Source of the DNA: Candidatus Poribacteria bacterium | GTDB lineage: Bacteria > Poribacteria > WGA-4E > WGA-3G | Length of the DNA: 64,000 bases | Direction: 5' to 3' | Assembly: GCA_965242965.1 (NCBI GenBank) | Contig: OZ251518.1 | Span: forward strand, 1,120,001 to 1,184,000 | Shown here: in pieces, positions 10,195 to 20,889 of the stretch | Layout of the letters: each line of letters begins with the position of its first letter | Position numbering within the stretch: position 1 is the stretch's first letter | The notes under the pieces: generated by a model | Told to the model about the DNA's origin: nothing | The model's input: the letters and a program-made list of their open reading frames with translations, nothing else | Databases searched by the model: none | Translations under genes and position numbers: made by a program

Positions 10195-13100
10195 ATGGCG
10201 AAAGACGAAAGATTTACACAAGCTGAGGGAACAAATGTATATACGGGCTGCGAATTGCTGGTGAAAGGCGCGTTGGAGAGCGGCGTGAGTCTTCTCACCG
10301 GCTATCCCGGTTCTCCGCTGGCCGAAGTATTTGATGTCATCCAGCGCAACGCCGCGCTCTTTAAAGAGAACGGTATCGTCGCGCAGATAGCCAACAACGA
10401 AGCGTTGAGCATCGCCCGGCTAAACGGCTCGCAAATGGCAGCGACGCGAGCGATAGCGTTCATGAAGAGCGTTGGGTTGCACGTCGCCGCCGATGCACTC
10501 GCGATTAGCAACCTCGCCGGCACTACCGGCGGGGCAGTCGTTGTCGTTGGCGATGACACCTGGGGACATAGCACGCAAGTACCAGCAGACTCTCGGTTCC
10601 TCGCGCGACACCTCTATACACCCCTGATAGAGCCCAGCTCCTTTCAGGAACTCAAAGATTGGGTGGACATCGCCTTTCAGGTATCCAAAGCGGCGAACCT
10701 CTATGTCGTGCTCCTCGCAACACAGAATCAGGCCGATGGCGGAGGAAATGTTGAACTGCACCCAAACGTCTATCCTGAGATAAACCGGCGGAACCCTACT
10801 ATTTTGGATACGGCACTGATTGACGCGTCAAACCGCGTCGTCTTACCCCCGGACACGGCGCGTATTGAGCGGGAAACGTTAGAGGAACGGCTGCCACAAG
10901 CACTTGAAACCGCCCGCGCCCTGAAGTTGAATGTGATTACATGGCCAGAACAAGGGACAGGCACTCACGCTACGCGAAAAAGAGATGCCTCGCACGAAAA
11001 CGAAAAATACGCGTTTGGGTTCGTTACGGCAGGATTCGCCTACAGTTATTTGCGCCACGCTCTCCGCGAATTGAACGTCCTAGACGACATCCCTATTCTT
11101 AAACTCGGAATGACGCATCCGCTTGACACCGACATCGTGCGAAAATTTGCCGAACGGGTTGAAGCATGCTACATCGTGGAAGAGAAGCGTTCCTTGCTCG
11201 AAAATGAACTCAAGGCACTTCTCACACAGATGTATCAAAACGGCGAACTGACGCAGCACGTGAAGGTGTGGGGAAAGCAGTTTCCAGAAAGGCTGCCTGG
11301 GCTACCTGCGGAAGCGGGATTGGATACGTCTCTCCTCATCCAACGGCTCGCGCCGCTTTTCAAGCATCTTGCAGCCAGGGGGCAGCCCCCCGCACTACTG
11401 GCTAATGCGCACATTTTTGATAGGGAAACGGCACTACAAAAGCGGGTATCCGAACAGCAGTTTGACATCCCGCAGCGCACCCCGACATTCTGTCCCGGCT
11501 GCCCGCATCGCGATTCGTCCAGCGTCCTCCTCCAAATCACGGAGCAGTTCATGGATGCCCATTACATGAAAAAACAGCATAACTCGCCCACGGTAGATTT
11601 GGTGTTTCACGGTGACATCGGCTGCTATTCAATGCTCAAATACGAACCGTTTCCGCGCTTGATGCACAACCTCTCCGCGATGGCACTCGGCGGTGCCGCT
11701 GGTGCCGGCATTGACGCGTTCATCGAAAACAAACAGGTAGTCTTCATGGGCGATTCCACCTTTTTCCACGGCGGCATGGCAGCCATCTCCGACTCCATCA
11801 AAAACGGACAGGACATCGCCTATATCATCTTGGATAATCAAACCACAGCGATGACAGGACACCAACCGACACCGGCAGGTGACACCGATATCCTCGGCAA
11901 TCCGACGTTCGCGCAAGATATCGAGAAAGTGGTGCAAGGACTTGCCGGCGACTCAGAAATAGACATCGTCCGGACGAACCCGGAAAACCGCGATACCTAC
12001 AAAAAATATCTGGAGAAAACGATACTCAAGCCCGGTGTCAAAATTGTCATCGCCGATAAGGAGTGCGCGATTACCTATCATCGCCGATTGCGGCGCGAAG
12101 CACAAAAAACGATAGCCGAAAACGGGTTTCTCGCACGCGAGAAACATATCAATATCACCCACGAAGTCTGCGAGTTCTGCCTTGAATGCACCAAATCCAC
12201 CGGCTGTCCCGCATTGAAAATAATCCCTACCGCCCGTGGTGATAAAATCGGGATTGACATGTCCACGTGTGTCACCGATGGCGCGTGCGCGCGGATTAAG
12301 TCGGCATGCCCGGCTTTTGAAGAGGTGATTATCACGCGCAAACGGCCGCCAAGGCCTAACACCGAAAACGGAGGCAGTGACAACGTCAATAACGTCAATG
12401 ACGACTTACGCAGAGAGATACTGCCACCATCAAAAACGCACGCCGAACGCCTCGCGAACAACGAAAAACGGCTGTCAAGGCCTCACACCAAAAACAGAGT
12501 CAAAAACAGAGTCATTGACAACGTCAATGACGACTTACGTAGAGAGATACTGCCACCACCAAAAACGCACGCCGAACGCCTCGCGAACGACAAAAAAACG
12601 TGGAGTGCTTATGCTGCAGGGGTTGGCGGCATGGGTATCGGCACAATCTCGAAAATCCTCGTTGTCGCAGGGCATTTGCAAGGCTACGATGTCACTTTCT
12701 GTGATAGGAAAGGCTTGGCAATTCGTAACGGCGGTGTCTACACGCACGTCACCTATAGCCAGCCCGGTGTTCCTGCCGCGCCCATCATCCCCTACGGCAA
12801 AGCAGATTTGGTGTTAGGACTCGACATTTTAGAGGCGGTGCGCGGTATCAATGCGCATTCCTTCTTTCGGGTTGCATCTCCCGAACGCACTGCCGCCGTT
12901 GTCAATACCGCCAAGACAGAGACAATGTCCACACTCATCGGTAAAGACGAGTTTGACATTGAACAACTGGAAGCCGCCCTGAAGGCGAACACGGATGCAG
13001 AGGTGTACTTCGGCGAAGATCTTTTTGCTATTTCTGAGCAATTGTTCGGCAACAAGGTGTATGCAAATATGATGATACTCGGCACTGCCTTCCAGCGCGG

Positions 13101-14019
13101 GCTGATACCGCTGGAATTAGAGCCTATCCATCTCGCGATGAAGCAGATGGTGCGGCCTGCCGATTTAGAGACGAACCTGAAGGCGTTCAACGTTGGGCGA
13201 CAGTTGGCTGTGGAAGGTAAGCCCCGCGCGCAACGGGAAAAGGATGGGGACGCGCCGCAAGGTTACGCTGCACTGTTGGCGGCGAAGCGCGAGATTTTGC
13301 AACGTCAGAGCGGCCAAGGCCTTGGAAAATTATATCTGTCCCGAACCGGCAAACGCCTCGCACAAGACTATCAGTCGCTCGTTGAAACCACCGTCGCAAG
13401 GCTGGACTTGGATGACGACACGCATCGAACGCTTGCCCTTTACATTTACGATATGGTGCAGTTTGAGGACATCGCTTACGCGCGCCGATACGCCGAAAAG
13501 GTGCTGCACGTGCACGCGCACGATTCCGAAGCACAGAAGTATCGCGCCACGAAGGCGGCGATAGACGCGCTGCATCGGGTAATGTTAATCAAAGACGAAG
13601 TCTACGTCGCGCAGCTGCTAACCAGCGAGGAGAAACTGCATCGCGATAAGCAACGCTACAACGTTGACGAGGCGAACGGCGATAGGATACACTACGTCCA
13701 TATCAATCGTCCCCGGTTCACCGTGATGGGTATTGACTTTGAGACGGATATCAACACGCGGAATTGGCAGCTCAATCTCATGAAGCGGATGAAGTTCCTC
13801 CGACGATGGCTCTCGCACTGGCATGCCAAGGAGAAAGCGTTCCGAGACTGGTATCTTAACCGCGTGATTGATACCTTCGCGCCAACCGAGGGTGAAAGTT
13901 ACGACACCCATGTCCGTGCTATTCAAGCGGTGGAGACAGTGCGCGGCTATCGTGAAATTCGCTATCCCAAGATGGAACAGGCGAAATCCGAGGTTGAAAG
14001 GCTTTTGAAAAAATCTTAG
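10195..14019 (+). CDS. Fused indolepyruvate/2-oxoacid:ferredoxin oxidoreductase (alpha+beta)
   Basis: GYPGSP, RTPTFCPGCPH, GDIGCY, GDSTFFH, DNQTTAMTGHQP, ferredoxin Cys cluster, AGVGGMG. Confidence 0.88.
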   Translation: MAKDERFTQAEGTNVYTGCELLVKGALESGVSLLTGYPGSPLAEVFDVIQRNAALFKENGIVAQIANNEALSIARLNGSQMAATRAIAFMKSVGLHVAADALAISNLAGTTGGAVVVVGDDTWGHSTQVPADSRFLARHLYTPLIEPSSFQELKDWVDIAFQVSKAANLYVVLLATQNQADGGGNVELHPNVYPEINRRNPTILDTALIDASNRVVLPPDTARIERETLEERLPQALETARALKLNVITWPEQGTGTHATRKRDASHENEKYAFGFVTAGFAYSYLRHALRELNVLDDIPILKLGMTHPLDTDIVRKFAERVEACYIVEEKRSLLENELKALLTQMYQNGELTQHVKVWGKQFPERLPGLPAEAGLDTSLLIQRLAPLFKHLAARGQPPALLANAHIFDRETALQKRVSEQQFDIPQRTPTFCPGCPHRDSSSVLLQITEQFMDAHYMKKQHNSPTVDLVFHGDIGCYSMLKYEPFPRLMHNLSAMALGGAAGAGIDAFIENKQVVFMGDSTFFHGGMAAISDSIKNGQDIAYIILDNQTTAMTGHQPTPAGDTDILGNPTFAQDIEKVVQGLAGDSEIDIVRTNPENRDTYKKYLEKTILKPGVKIVIADKECAITYHRRLRREAQKTIAENGFLAREKHINITHEVCEFCLECTKSTGCPALKIIPTARGDKIGIDMSTCVTDGACARIKSACPAFEEVIITRKRPPRPNTENGGSDNVNNVNDDLRREILPPSKTHAERLANNEKRLSRPHTKNRVKNRVIDNVNDDLRREILPPPKTHAERLANDKKTWSAYAAGVGGMGIGTISKILVVAGHLQGYDVTFCDRKGLAIRNGGVYTHVTYSQPGVPAAPIIPYGKADLVLGLDILEAVRGINAHSFFRVASPERTAAVVNTAKTETMSTLIGKDEFDIEQLEAALKANTDAEVYFGEDLFAISEQLFGNKVYANMMILGTAFQRGLIPLELEPIHLAMKQMVRPADLETNLKAFNVGRQLAVEGKPRAQREKDGDAPQGYAALLAAKREILQRQSGQGLGKLYLSRTGKRLAQDYQSLVETTVARLDLDDDTHRTLALYIYDMVQFEDIAYARRYAEKVLHVHAHDSEAQKYRATKAAIDALHRVMLIKDEVYVAQLLTSEEKLHRDKQRYNVDEANGDRIHYVHINRPRFTVMGIDFETDINTRNWQLNLMKRMKFLRRWLSHWHAKEKAFRDWYLNRVIDTFAPTEGESYDTHVRAIQAVETVRGYREIRYPKMEQAKSEVERLLKKS

Positions 14020-14057
14020 TCCAAGAACGGCATCATCCACTTACATAGGTTTACGTT

Positions 14058-14951
14058 ATGCAACAAACCACCCTTCCTGAACGCATCGCGAATAACGAAA
14101 GAATCATTACAGGACATACGCGCATCATCGGCGTAATCGGCGCACCGGTGGAACATAGCCGTTCGCCGCAAATGCACAACGCTGCCCTCGCAAAAGCCGG
14201 GTTGGACTATGTCTACGTGCCTTTTCACGTACGTCCCGGCGATATTGCGCGCGCGCTGGAAGGGTTCAAAGCACTCAACGTCGTCGGAATCAACGTCACG
14301 CTGCCGCATAAAGCGGCAGTCCTGCCGTATCTCACTTCGATTTCGCGGGAGGCGGCACTCATCGGGGCAGTCAACACGCTGAGTTTTCGCGATGGAGAGA
14401 TTCACGGCGATAACACGGACGCGGAAGGATTTCTGCGGGCGTTGCGGGAAACGGAAGGCGACGATGTCAAGCACCGACTTTTCCGAGAAGTTGTCGTGCT
14501 TGGTGCCGGTGGGGCAGCGCGTGCTGTCGTCGTCGCACTGGCACTGGCAGGCGCGAACCGCATCGTCATCGCTAACCGGACAGCGACAAAAGCCGTCGCC
14601 TTAGCCGAAGAGATGCAGGCGAAGACAGACGTTACCATGCACGGGATGGGACTTACCGACGCGCGCGTGGACGAAAGTGTGCGCAATAGCACGCTCCTCG
14701 TCAATACCGCAACCGCCAGCATGGATGCAAACGCGCCGATGCTCATTGACGACTCGGTGCTATCGCCGCGCACCTTCGTCTATGACATCGTCTATACGCC
14801 GCCTGTCACGCCGTTGATGCACGCCGCCGCGAAACGTGGGTGCAAAACCCTCGGCGGCATAGGCATGCTCGTCCATCAAGGGGCCATCGCCTTTGAAAAA
14901 TGGACAGGCATCAAACCCTGTCTCGTAACACTCAGGAAGGCACTTTCGTAG
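14058..14951 (+). CDS. aroE: Shikimate dehydrogenase
   Basis: HSRSPQMHN, NVTLPHK, GAVNT, NTD, GAGGAARA, MLVHQG. Confidence 0.95.
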   Translation: MQQTTLPERIANNERIITGHTRIIGVIGAPVEHSRSPQMHNAALAKAGLDYVYVPFHVRPGDIARALEGFKALNVVGINVTLPHKAAVLPYLTSISREAALIGAVNTLSFRDGEIHGDNTDAEGFLRALRETEGDDVKHRLFREVVVLGAGGAARAVVVALALAGANRIVIANRTATKAVALAEEMQAKTDVTMHGMGLTDARVDESVRNSTLLVNTATASMDANAPMLIDDSVLSPRTFVYDIVYTPPVTPLMHAAAKRGCKTLGGIGMLVHQGAIAFEKWTGIKPCLVTLRKALS

Positions 14952-15031
14952 AAACGTCTATAGACATTAAGCCGCTACGCGGCTTTAGCGGAACTGGAAC
15001 TTTTCCTTCGTTAACGACACATTACAAAAAT

Positions 15032-15322
15032 ATGCAAGAGAAAGAACAACAACATCAGCAAGCCATTCGATTCGTTATCCTCGGAGTCCCCTATTCCATC
15101 AGGCCCAGCGATGACTTATCGGAAGATGATATTCTCGAACTCATTGAATACGTCAAAGGACTCGTCAATTCCTACAGCCAAAAAGGGTTTGATGAGCAGA
15201 AGATTCCGTTGCTCGTCGCCTTCCACATCGCCGATGAACTTCGGCGGCTCCAGGCATCTTATGAGACACCGCTGTATCGGTTAGTGGAAAAACTGCATAT
15301 AGCGATTGAGGACGCGGAATGA
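15032..15322 (+). CDS. zapA: Cell division protein ZapA-like
   Basis: 96 aa; ILGVPYSI beta strand, YV helix, LVAFHIADEL then coiled coil. Confidence 0.7.
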   Translation: MQEKEQQHQQAIRFVILGVPYSIRPSDDLSEDDILELIEYVKGLVNSYSQKGFDEQKIPLLVAFHIADELRRLQASYETPLYRLVEKLHIAIEDAE

Positions 15323-16080
15323 CCAGGGTGCCTGCCGCGCAACGGGATGGAAGCAAAATGCCCTATCGTGCCATCATCTTCGATCTGTTCGGGACTTTAG
15401 TCGGAAACTTCAGCCGCAGCGAAAACGACAAAGTTATCGCGCAGCTGGCGGAAATCCTCAACCTGCCTTATCCGAAATTCTGGCAACGCATGGGAGAAAC
15501 CTACGTTGACAGATGCCTAGGCAGATACGCTGGCTTAGCCGAGTTCGCGCAGTCTCTCTGTGCAGAACTGGGTATCAAAGTAGAGACTGCGCAGCTCAGC
15601 AACGCGACCCAACTTTACGATGCATTCATCGCGAACGCGCTTATGCCTGAACCAGCGGTTTTAACTGCGTTAGATACGCTGAAAAACGACGGCATCACGT
15701 TGGGACTTATCAGCGACTGTGTGCCTGCTGTGCAACGGCTCTTCCCGAAATCGCCGCTAGCCAAACGGATTGATACCGCTGTTTTCTCCTGTCAAGAACG
15801 GATGATGAAGCCGGCACGCGGCATCTATCAGCGCGCGTGCCGCCGATTACACGTGCAACCAGCGGAATGCCTTTACGTCGGGGACGGTAGTAGTCAAGAA
15901 TTGACTGGGGCTGCAACAGCGGGGATGGTGCCTATCTTAAAACGAACGGAACTCTCCGATGTCTACGATGCGCGCAGACCGGATGTGGAAAATTGGCAAG
16001 GCCCTGTGATTGACGAGATACGCGAGGTTTTTGACTTTGTTAGCGGAGCCTTTGTTAACGGAGAACGTCAAATTCCGTAG
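15319..16080 (+). CDS. HAD-superfamily hydrolase
   Basis: IFDLFGTLV, KP...IY, YVGDG motifs; true start may be slightly downstream. Confidence 0.88.
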   Translation: MTRVPAAQRDGSKMPYRAIIFDLFGTLVGNFSRSENDKVIAQLAEILNLPYPKFWQRMGETYVDRCLGRYAGLAEFAQSLCAELGIKVETAQLSNATQLYDAFIANALMPEPAVLTALDTLKNDGITLGLISDCVPAVQRLFPKSPLAKRIDTAVFSCQERMMKPARGIYQRACRRLHVQPAECLYVGDGSSQELTGAATAGMVPILKRTELSDVYDARRPDVENWQGPVIDEIREVFDFVSGAFVNGERQIP

Positions 16081-16134
16081 GCGCGGTTTCAAACCGCGCC
16101 CACCGGTTTCGTGCCGATTCCTGCCTATTTGGAA

Positions 16135-16920
16135 TTAAAACCGCCTTTTCAGTTCACCCCAGCGCACCGGCAGTTTATCCAACGCTTCAACCGGAAAAAC
16201 CTTGTCCATCGCTTGGTTGACTTCGGCTTCCGTAAGCGCGACGTTCCAGATGGCGACATCGTCAATGATACCGACGTAGTGTTCGCGGTTACCCTCGCTA
16301 TTTCTGCCGATGGAGACAGGCACGTCGTTGGTATCAATCTTGCCTTTCGCGGCGGTTTCCACCTTCACTTCGCCATCGTAGTAGAGTTTCATCTGGTTTC
16401 CATCGTAGGTTGCGGCGAGGTGCGTCCACTTTTTCGCCGGCAGCTGCGGGCTCGGGCCGTTGCCGCACCGTTTCTCTGTCCCCTTGTCAACAGAGATGAT
16501 GAAACCAACTTTCCCGTTGGAACCGCCTTGCTGATAAAACCCGTATACCATCCATGGGGCGGTATCGCCAGCCCAGGTCTTGACAATCATGCGGAGCCAT
16601 TCGTTAGTGAACTGCGTCGGGTAGAACCAGCCCATCAACGTCACCTCATCCGTGATGTCAAGAGAGGGAGCATCGGGGACTTCTACCCAACCGCCGGCAT
16701 CGCCGCTCAGTTCAACAGCATTGCCGTATTTCCCCTTCGTCCACTTCGCTTTGTGAAGCGTGCCATCGTTTTCATGCCGAGACCGGTCCTTCGCCGTGTC
16801 GCCTTTGCCCTCATCAAAAGAGAGATACAGCACCAGCTCTGCCTCGCGGACAGCATCGCTCACCGTTCCGCTGAGAACGATGAAGCCGAGTAACATCAGC
16901 GTTATCGCGAAAACTTTCAT
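16135..16920 (-). CDS. Secreted LamG-like jellyroll protein
   Basis: Signal peptide, YLSFDEG, WTHLAATYDG, IDDVAIWNVAL, tail KLPVRWGELK. Confidence 0.85.
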   Translation of the reverse strand: MKVFAITLMLLGFIVLSGTVSDAVREAELVLYLSFDEGKGDTAKDRSRHENDGTLHKAKWTKGKYGNAVELSGDAGGWVEVPDAPSLDITDEVTLMGWFYPTQFTNEWLRMIVKTWAGDTAPWMVYGFYQQGGSNGKVGFIISVDKGTEKRCGNGPSPQLPAKKWTHLAATYDGNQMKLYYDGEVKVETAAKGKIDTNDVPVSIGRNSEGNREHYVGIIDDVAIWNVALTEAEVNQAMDKVFPVEALDKLPVRWGELKRRF

Positions 16921-17075
16921 CGAAATTCCCTCCATTACGTCTTAACGTCGCGCGATTGCGTTGAGTAATAGCAGCAATCGCACATGCCGTTTTGTTTTGA
17001 GATTTTTGGAAGAATACTGCAAGGTGCAATGTTTCTCATTTTACCATAAAAACATTTTGAGGTTAAGAATTATTT

Positions 17076-17302
17076 CAGGGTGTTTCATAAATTTATCCCT
17101 TGAGGGAGGCGCATCGGGCCCACCACTGTAGTTCGGGAGCGCCTGCTCCCGAACGGGTCAAGATCAGGCGATCTTGACCTACAGGCCTGGCGCGCGAGCG
17201 ATGGCGAGGGACAGGCCCTCGCCCTACGTGAAGGGGCGGCGTTTTTTTCACCGGCGCGCGGGGCCTGTCACCGCAACGTTGAGCGATTTATGAAACACCC
17301 TC
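17076..17302. mobile_element. TIR-bounded MITE-like REP cassette
   Basis: AGGGTGTTTCATAAAT...ATTTATGAAACACCCT; AATTATTT on both flanks (17068-17075, 17303-17310). Confidence 0.8.
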
Positions 17303-18299
17303 AATTATTTTTTCCCTTAATGAGTTTGCTTTTTTCCAGATAGAAATGCGTTGTCACAATCGCCCAAATCGGTGCCAAGAACGCCGAAATGAACAACTTT
17401 ATCACGAGCATTACCGCGACTATCCACAAACTGGGGGCATGCTCCAACGTGAGCCTTACGTAACCGCCGACGAAGAGCGTATAGAACTTTGACGACAGCA
17501 ATATCTCTCGCATCGGCGCGAATTCTGGCACGGCGATGGAAAACATTGACAACGTTAAACCGAATAGCACAGCGGTAAACACTATGCCTGCCGCTAACAA
17601 TCCCAAATAGACGACGGTAAACCTTCCCCACGCTTCTCCCACCAATTCGTAACTTCGGCGAAGCGCGGGAATAACCCGCAAGTCTTCAACGATGAGACAC
17701 TGGTTGTAGAGACTCCAATGCACCGTCCAATAGACAATAACAGCCACGACGGTGAACAAGATTACGGTAACATCACCCGATGGCGGAAATCCGAGATACG
17801 CCTTGTTTGACGTAAGGAGCGTCACGGCTACCCCGCCCGCGATGAATCCGGGGGCAACTAAGAAAAAGTAGGCACCTAAGACAGAACCGATTTTGCGTTT
17901 TGCCTGATGCCACACACCGCGCGCAGTGACGTTCTCACCACGCCGAAGTTGGACTATGGTGATGGCAAGAGGACACATTGCCAGCAGTATGAACGGATAG
18001 TTATATGCCGAACCCCCGAACCCCGCGCCCGACTTGACTCCTATTGATGTCGGACTCTCTTTTGTATCTATGCCGAGGATTGTGTCAAAAATCCATGAAA
18101 CTTCTGTGCGCGGCGGGAGATAGGGACTGAAAAGCCCAGCAAGTTCAGCGATGCCCAAGCAAATGATAACCGGAATCATCACGCGCCACAACAGCCCGAA
18201 ATGCGTCACATAGAACCGAAATGTCGTTGAAATCATCCCCGGATGCCGATGCATGCCAGAGGCTTCAGGCATGTTATTCAACTTAGTCAACAGACTCAC
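17301..18299 (-). CDS. Polytopic membrane protein, paralog 3 (GDPD-membrane-domain-like)
   Basis: ALRRSYELV...W-RF motif, multiple TM segments; start uncertain. Confidence 0.65.
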   Translation of the reverse strand: MSLLTKLNNMPEASGMHRHPGMISTTFRFYVTHFGLLWRVMIPVIICLGIAELAGLFSPYLPPRTEVSWIFDTILGIDTKESPTSIGVKSGAGFGGSAYNYPFILLAMCPLAITIVQLRRGENVTARGVWHQAKRKIGSVLGAYFFLVAPGFIAGGVAVTLLTSNKAYLGFPPSGDVTVILFTVVAVIVYWTVHWSLYNQCLIVEDLRVIPALRRSYELVGEAWGRFTVVYLGLLAAGIVFTAVLFGLTLSMFSIAVPEFAPMREILLSSKFYTLFVGGYVRLTLEHAPSLWIVAVMLVIKLFISAFLAPIWAIVTTHFYLEKSKLIKGKNN

Positions 18300-19197
18300 C
18301 TCCGTAGTGAATAATCATCATCTCCAGATCAAACGCTTCCTTCCGAATGCGCAGGTCGAAGTAGAGCAGCATACTACCGATAACCCAAATCGGTAGTGTG
18401 AACGTATCCGTTACGAAACTGATGAGTGCTCTAAGGGTTTCCGTGCGGAGGCGGAGGTCGTAATCAGAGAAAAATGCTCCCTGGAAACTCTGTTGGATCG
18501 TTTTCGGTAAATGTTCTACCTTAGTGAACGTTGTCAATTCAAGAACGATTACTAGAGAAGTCTCAAGAATAACATCAATTGTGGTACTGAGCAGCACAAT
18601 CGCGAACGCAATGCCGCAGACGCGCCACCACGTGCCTTGCACCAATTGTTTGCTCCGTTTCAATGCACGCCACACAGATTTCTCTTCGATTAAAATAGCG
18701 AAAGCCCAGAACATCCAAGAAATCGTGAAGTAGAGCGCGACTGGGAAAACACACAATAAAAAACTAATTATGGTGACACGGAAACCTCTGGCTTGTTCAT
18801 CAAGGAATAACATGAACAAGGCAATGATGCAAACAAACGATGTAAAAGCGAGGAACCCCCACAGAAAAGAGCATCCGAAATAAGAGCGAACCGCTTTTCT
18901 GACGTATCTCCATCCCGCTTGCGCCGTGGTGTGTTCGCCTAAATAGACTGTGCTGCTGGCAGCACCTAACGCGCCCCCAACCGCGGTGGTAATGACACAG
19001 GAGATGACAAGAGTTAGGAATAGCGAATCCGCAAAGAGAAATTCGTTCAATAAGGATAGCCCAAAATAGAACGCAATAATCCGCAAAAACAGCCGAAAAT
19101 GCTTCCGATAGAGGCTAAACGTCGTATCCAAAATCTCCGCAAATCCCATCGGGTGGAGGATGGACGGTTCGCGTTCGCGCGCTGCGAGTTCTAGCAT
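18283..19197 (-). CDS. Polytopic membrane protein, paralog 2 (GDPD-membrane-domain-like)
   Basis: PMGFAEILDTTFSLYRKHF, ALKRSKQLVQGTWWR, LLYFDLRIRKEAFDL; SD GGAGGA. Confidence 0.75.
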   Translation of the reverse strand: MLELAAREREPSILHPMGFAEILDTTFSLYRKHFRLFLRIIAFYFGLSLLNEFLFADSLFLTLVISCVITTAVGGALGAASSTVYLGEHTTAQAGWRYVRKAVRSYFGCSFLWGFLAFTSFVCIIALFMLFLDEQARGFRVTIISFLLCVFPVALYFTISWMFWAFAILIEEKSVWRALKRSKQLVQGTWWRVCGIAFAIVLLSTTIDVILETSLVIVLELTTFTKVEHLPKTIQQSFQGAFFSDYDLRLRTETLRALISFVTDTFTLPIWVIGSMLLYFDLRIRKEAFDLEMMIIHYGGESVD

Positions 19198-20177
19198 GCT
19201 TCCTCCAGATAGAGGCGCGTCGTCACAATCGCCCAAATCGGGACGAGGAATGCAAAAATTAACCCTCTGACGAGGAGTATTGCCACCGTCGTCGGAACCG
19301 GTAAATTGGCTACACTCACCTCGACATTGGCACCGAGAAACAGCGTGAAGAAATTGAAGGGGAGCAACATCTCGCGGACAGCCGAAAGTTCAGGCACAGC
19401 GATGGAAAACAGCAGCAACGCGAGCCCGAGGAGAACGGAAATAAGCGTTGAGGTTACCCAGGAAGTCACGAGGTAGATGCGGAAAAATCGCCACCAATTC
19501 CTTTTTACCAACGCATAACTGCGCCGGAAAACTGATAGCACGGAGTGTTTCTCAAGCATGAGGCACGGATTATAGAGGCTGCAACACACGAGGACATAAC
19601 AGTGCACGATGGGGGTAACCATAAAAATCAGGTCAATAGGGACAGCTCGGAACATGTTGAGATAGGAGAAGAGATAGGAAAAGCCGACAGAAATCCCGTC
19701 TAAAATAAGCACCAAGACGAGGTTCGTTCCCAAAACCTTCCAAATGTTGCGTTGAGTGTGCCGCCAGGTCTCCCTCGCGGTTATTTTTCCCTTGGCTACC
19801 GCGAACGATAACGGACAAAGGACGAACAGGAGCAGATTGTAGTAGTAATAGCTGACATTTCGGAAATTCCGAAGGTCAAGGCTCCAAGTCCACGCACTTC
19901 CATCGTCTTTCGTTGAGGTGAAAGAGGGAAGGGGACTGAATATCCAAGCAGCCTCGGCCTCGCGTCGCGGAAAGTCCATGGTGCTGATGCCGCTTACTGT
20001 ATCAACGCGCCATGCAAATTCGCCGGTAGTGGTGAAAGACATCGCGCCCGGTAAAAACAGCGCAATGTCGACGCAGGGCGCGAGGAGAACGACAGGTAGC
20101 ATAATCCGCCACAACAGCCAGAATTGGCTGCGATATGTCAATACGACGGTTCTGGTAATTCCTGCTGACTTGTCCAT
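19191..20177 (-). CDS. Polytopic membrane protein, paralog 1
   Basis: FRRSYALVKRNWWR; C-terminus closely matches paralog 3 (FSIAVPE...IWAIVTT). Confidence 0.65.
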   Translation of the reverse strand: MDKSAGITRTVVLTYRSQFWLLWRIMLPVVLLAPCVDIALFLPGAMSFTTTGEFAWRVDTVSGISTMDFPRREAEAAWIFSPLPSFTSTKDDGSAWTWSLDLRNFRNVSYYYYNLLLFVLCPLSFAVAKGKITARETWRHTQRNIWKVLGTNLVLVLILDGISVGFSYLFSYLNMFRAVPIDLIFMVTPIVHCYVLVCCSLYNPCLMLEKHSVLSVFRRSYALVKRNWWRFFRIYLVTSWVTSTLISVLLGLALLLFSIAVPELSAVREMLLPFNFFTLFLGANVEVSVANLPVPTTVAILLVRGLIFAFLVPIWAIVTTRLYLEEAC

Positions 20178-20214
20178 TTTTTCGCTCCGTTGAGACAGAT
20201 GCGGGAATCCGGTC

Positions 20215-20766
20215 TCATTCCGTTGCAGAAGCACTCGGTGCCTGATGCTGCTTGAGCGTCTCTAATTCCTGTAGGACAGCTGCAAGTTGCGCTTGAAGTG
20301 CTTCAATCAATTGTTGTTGCATTGCAATTTTCTCGTCTTGTTCGCGCTCCTTTTTCCGCTCGCGGAGCAATGGCAAACCGATGATGCCTGCCACCAACGC
20401 CACCATCAACCCGAAGTTAAAATTCAAGCGCAGGTTCACATCGCCAAAACGGTCCCTTATCCCTTGGGATTCAGTCTCTATCCGCTTATTCGTCTCGTCA
20501 ATGCGTAGAGTAACCTTTGCGCCTTCTTGCCCGACGAATTCCTTCGTGCGCGCCTCCGACTCCTTGATGTCTTGCTGCGTGCGCGCCTCCGATTCTTTGA
20601 TGTCTTGCTGCGTGCGCGCCTCCGATTCTTTGATGTCTTGCTGCGTGCGCGCCTCCGACTCCTTGAACATACGGGTAAGTTTCTCCCAATCCGCAACGCT
20701 CAAGTCCCCCAACGCTGAACTACTTATCAGCAAGAGGCCTACTAACAAAAGCGTCCAAAATTTCAT
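20215..20766 (-). CDS. Signal-peptide coiled-coil protein with 11-aa repeats and one TM helix
   Basis: SD GGAGG; (KESEARTQQDI)x3.6. Confidence 0.75.
   Translation of the reverse strand: MKFWTLLLVGLLLISSSALGDLSVADWEKLTRMFKESEARTQQDIKESEARTQQDIKESEARTQQDIKESEARTKEFVGQEGAKVTLRIDETNKRIETESQGIRDRFGDVNLRLNFNFGLMVALVAGIIGLPLLRERKKEREQDEKIAMQQQLIEALQAQLAAVLQELETLKQHQAPSASATE
20545..20666. repeat. Intragenic 33-bp tandem repeat, about 3.7 copies
   Basis: Units start at 20545, 20578, 20611 and 20644. Confidence 0.95.
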
Positions 20767-20889
20767 CTTTTTGCCTCCACATAAAATTTGATAATAGTAT
20801 ACCCGAATGTCAGATCCAATATCAAGTATTTTTCGTTGCGCCGCCAAAAATCGCTTGCCTTCCGCCGAGAGTTATGCTATACTTTTCGC

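Noticed and set aside
15322-15500. 6S RNA often found after zapA
   Set aside because: The HAD gene follows immediately, leaving no room
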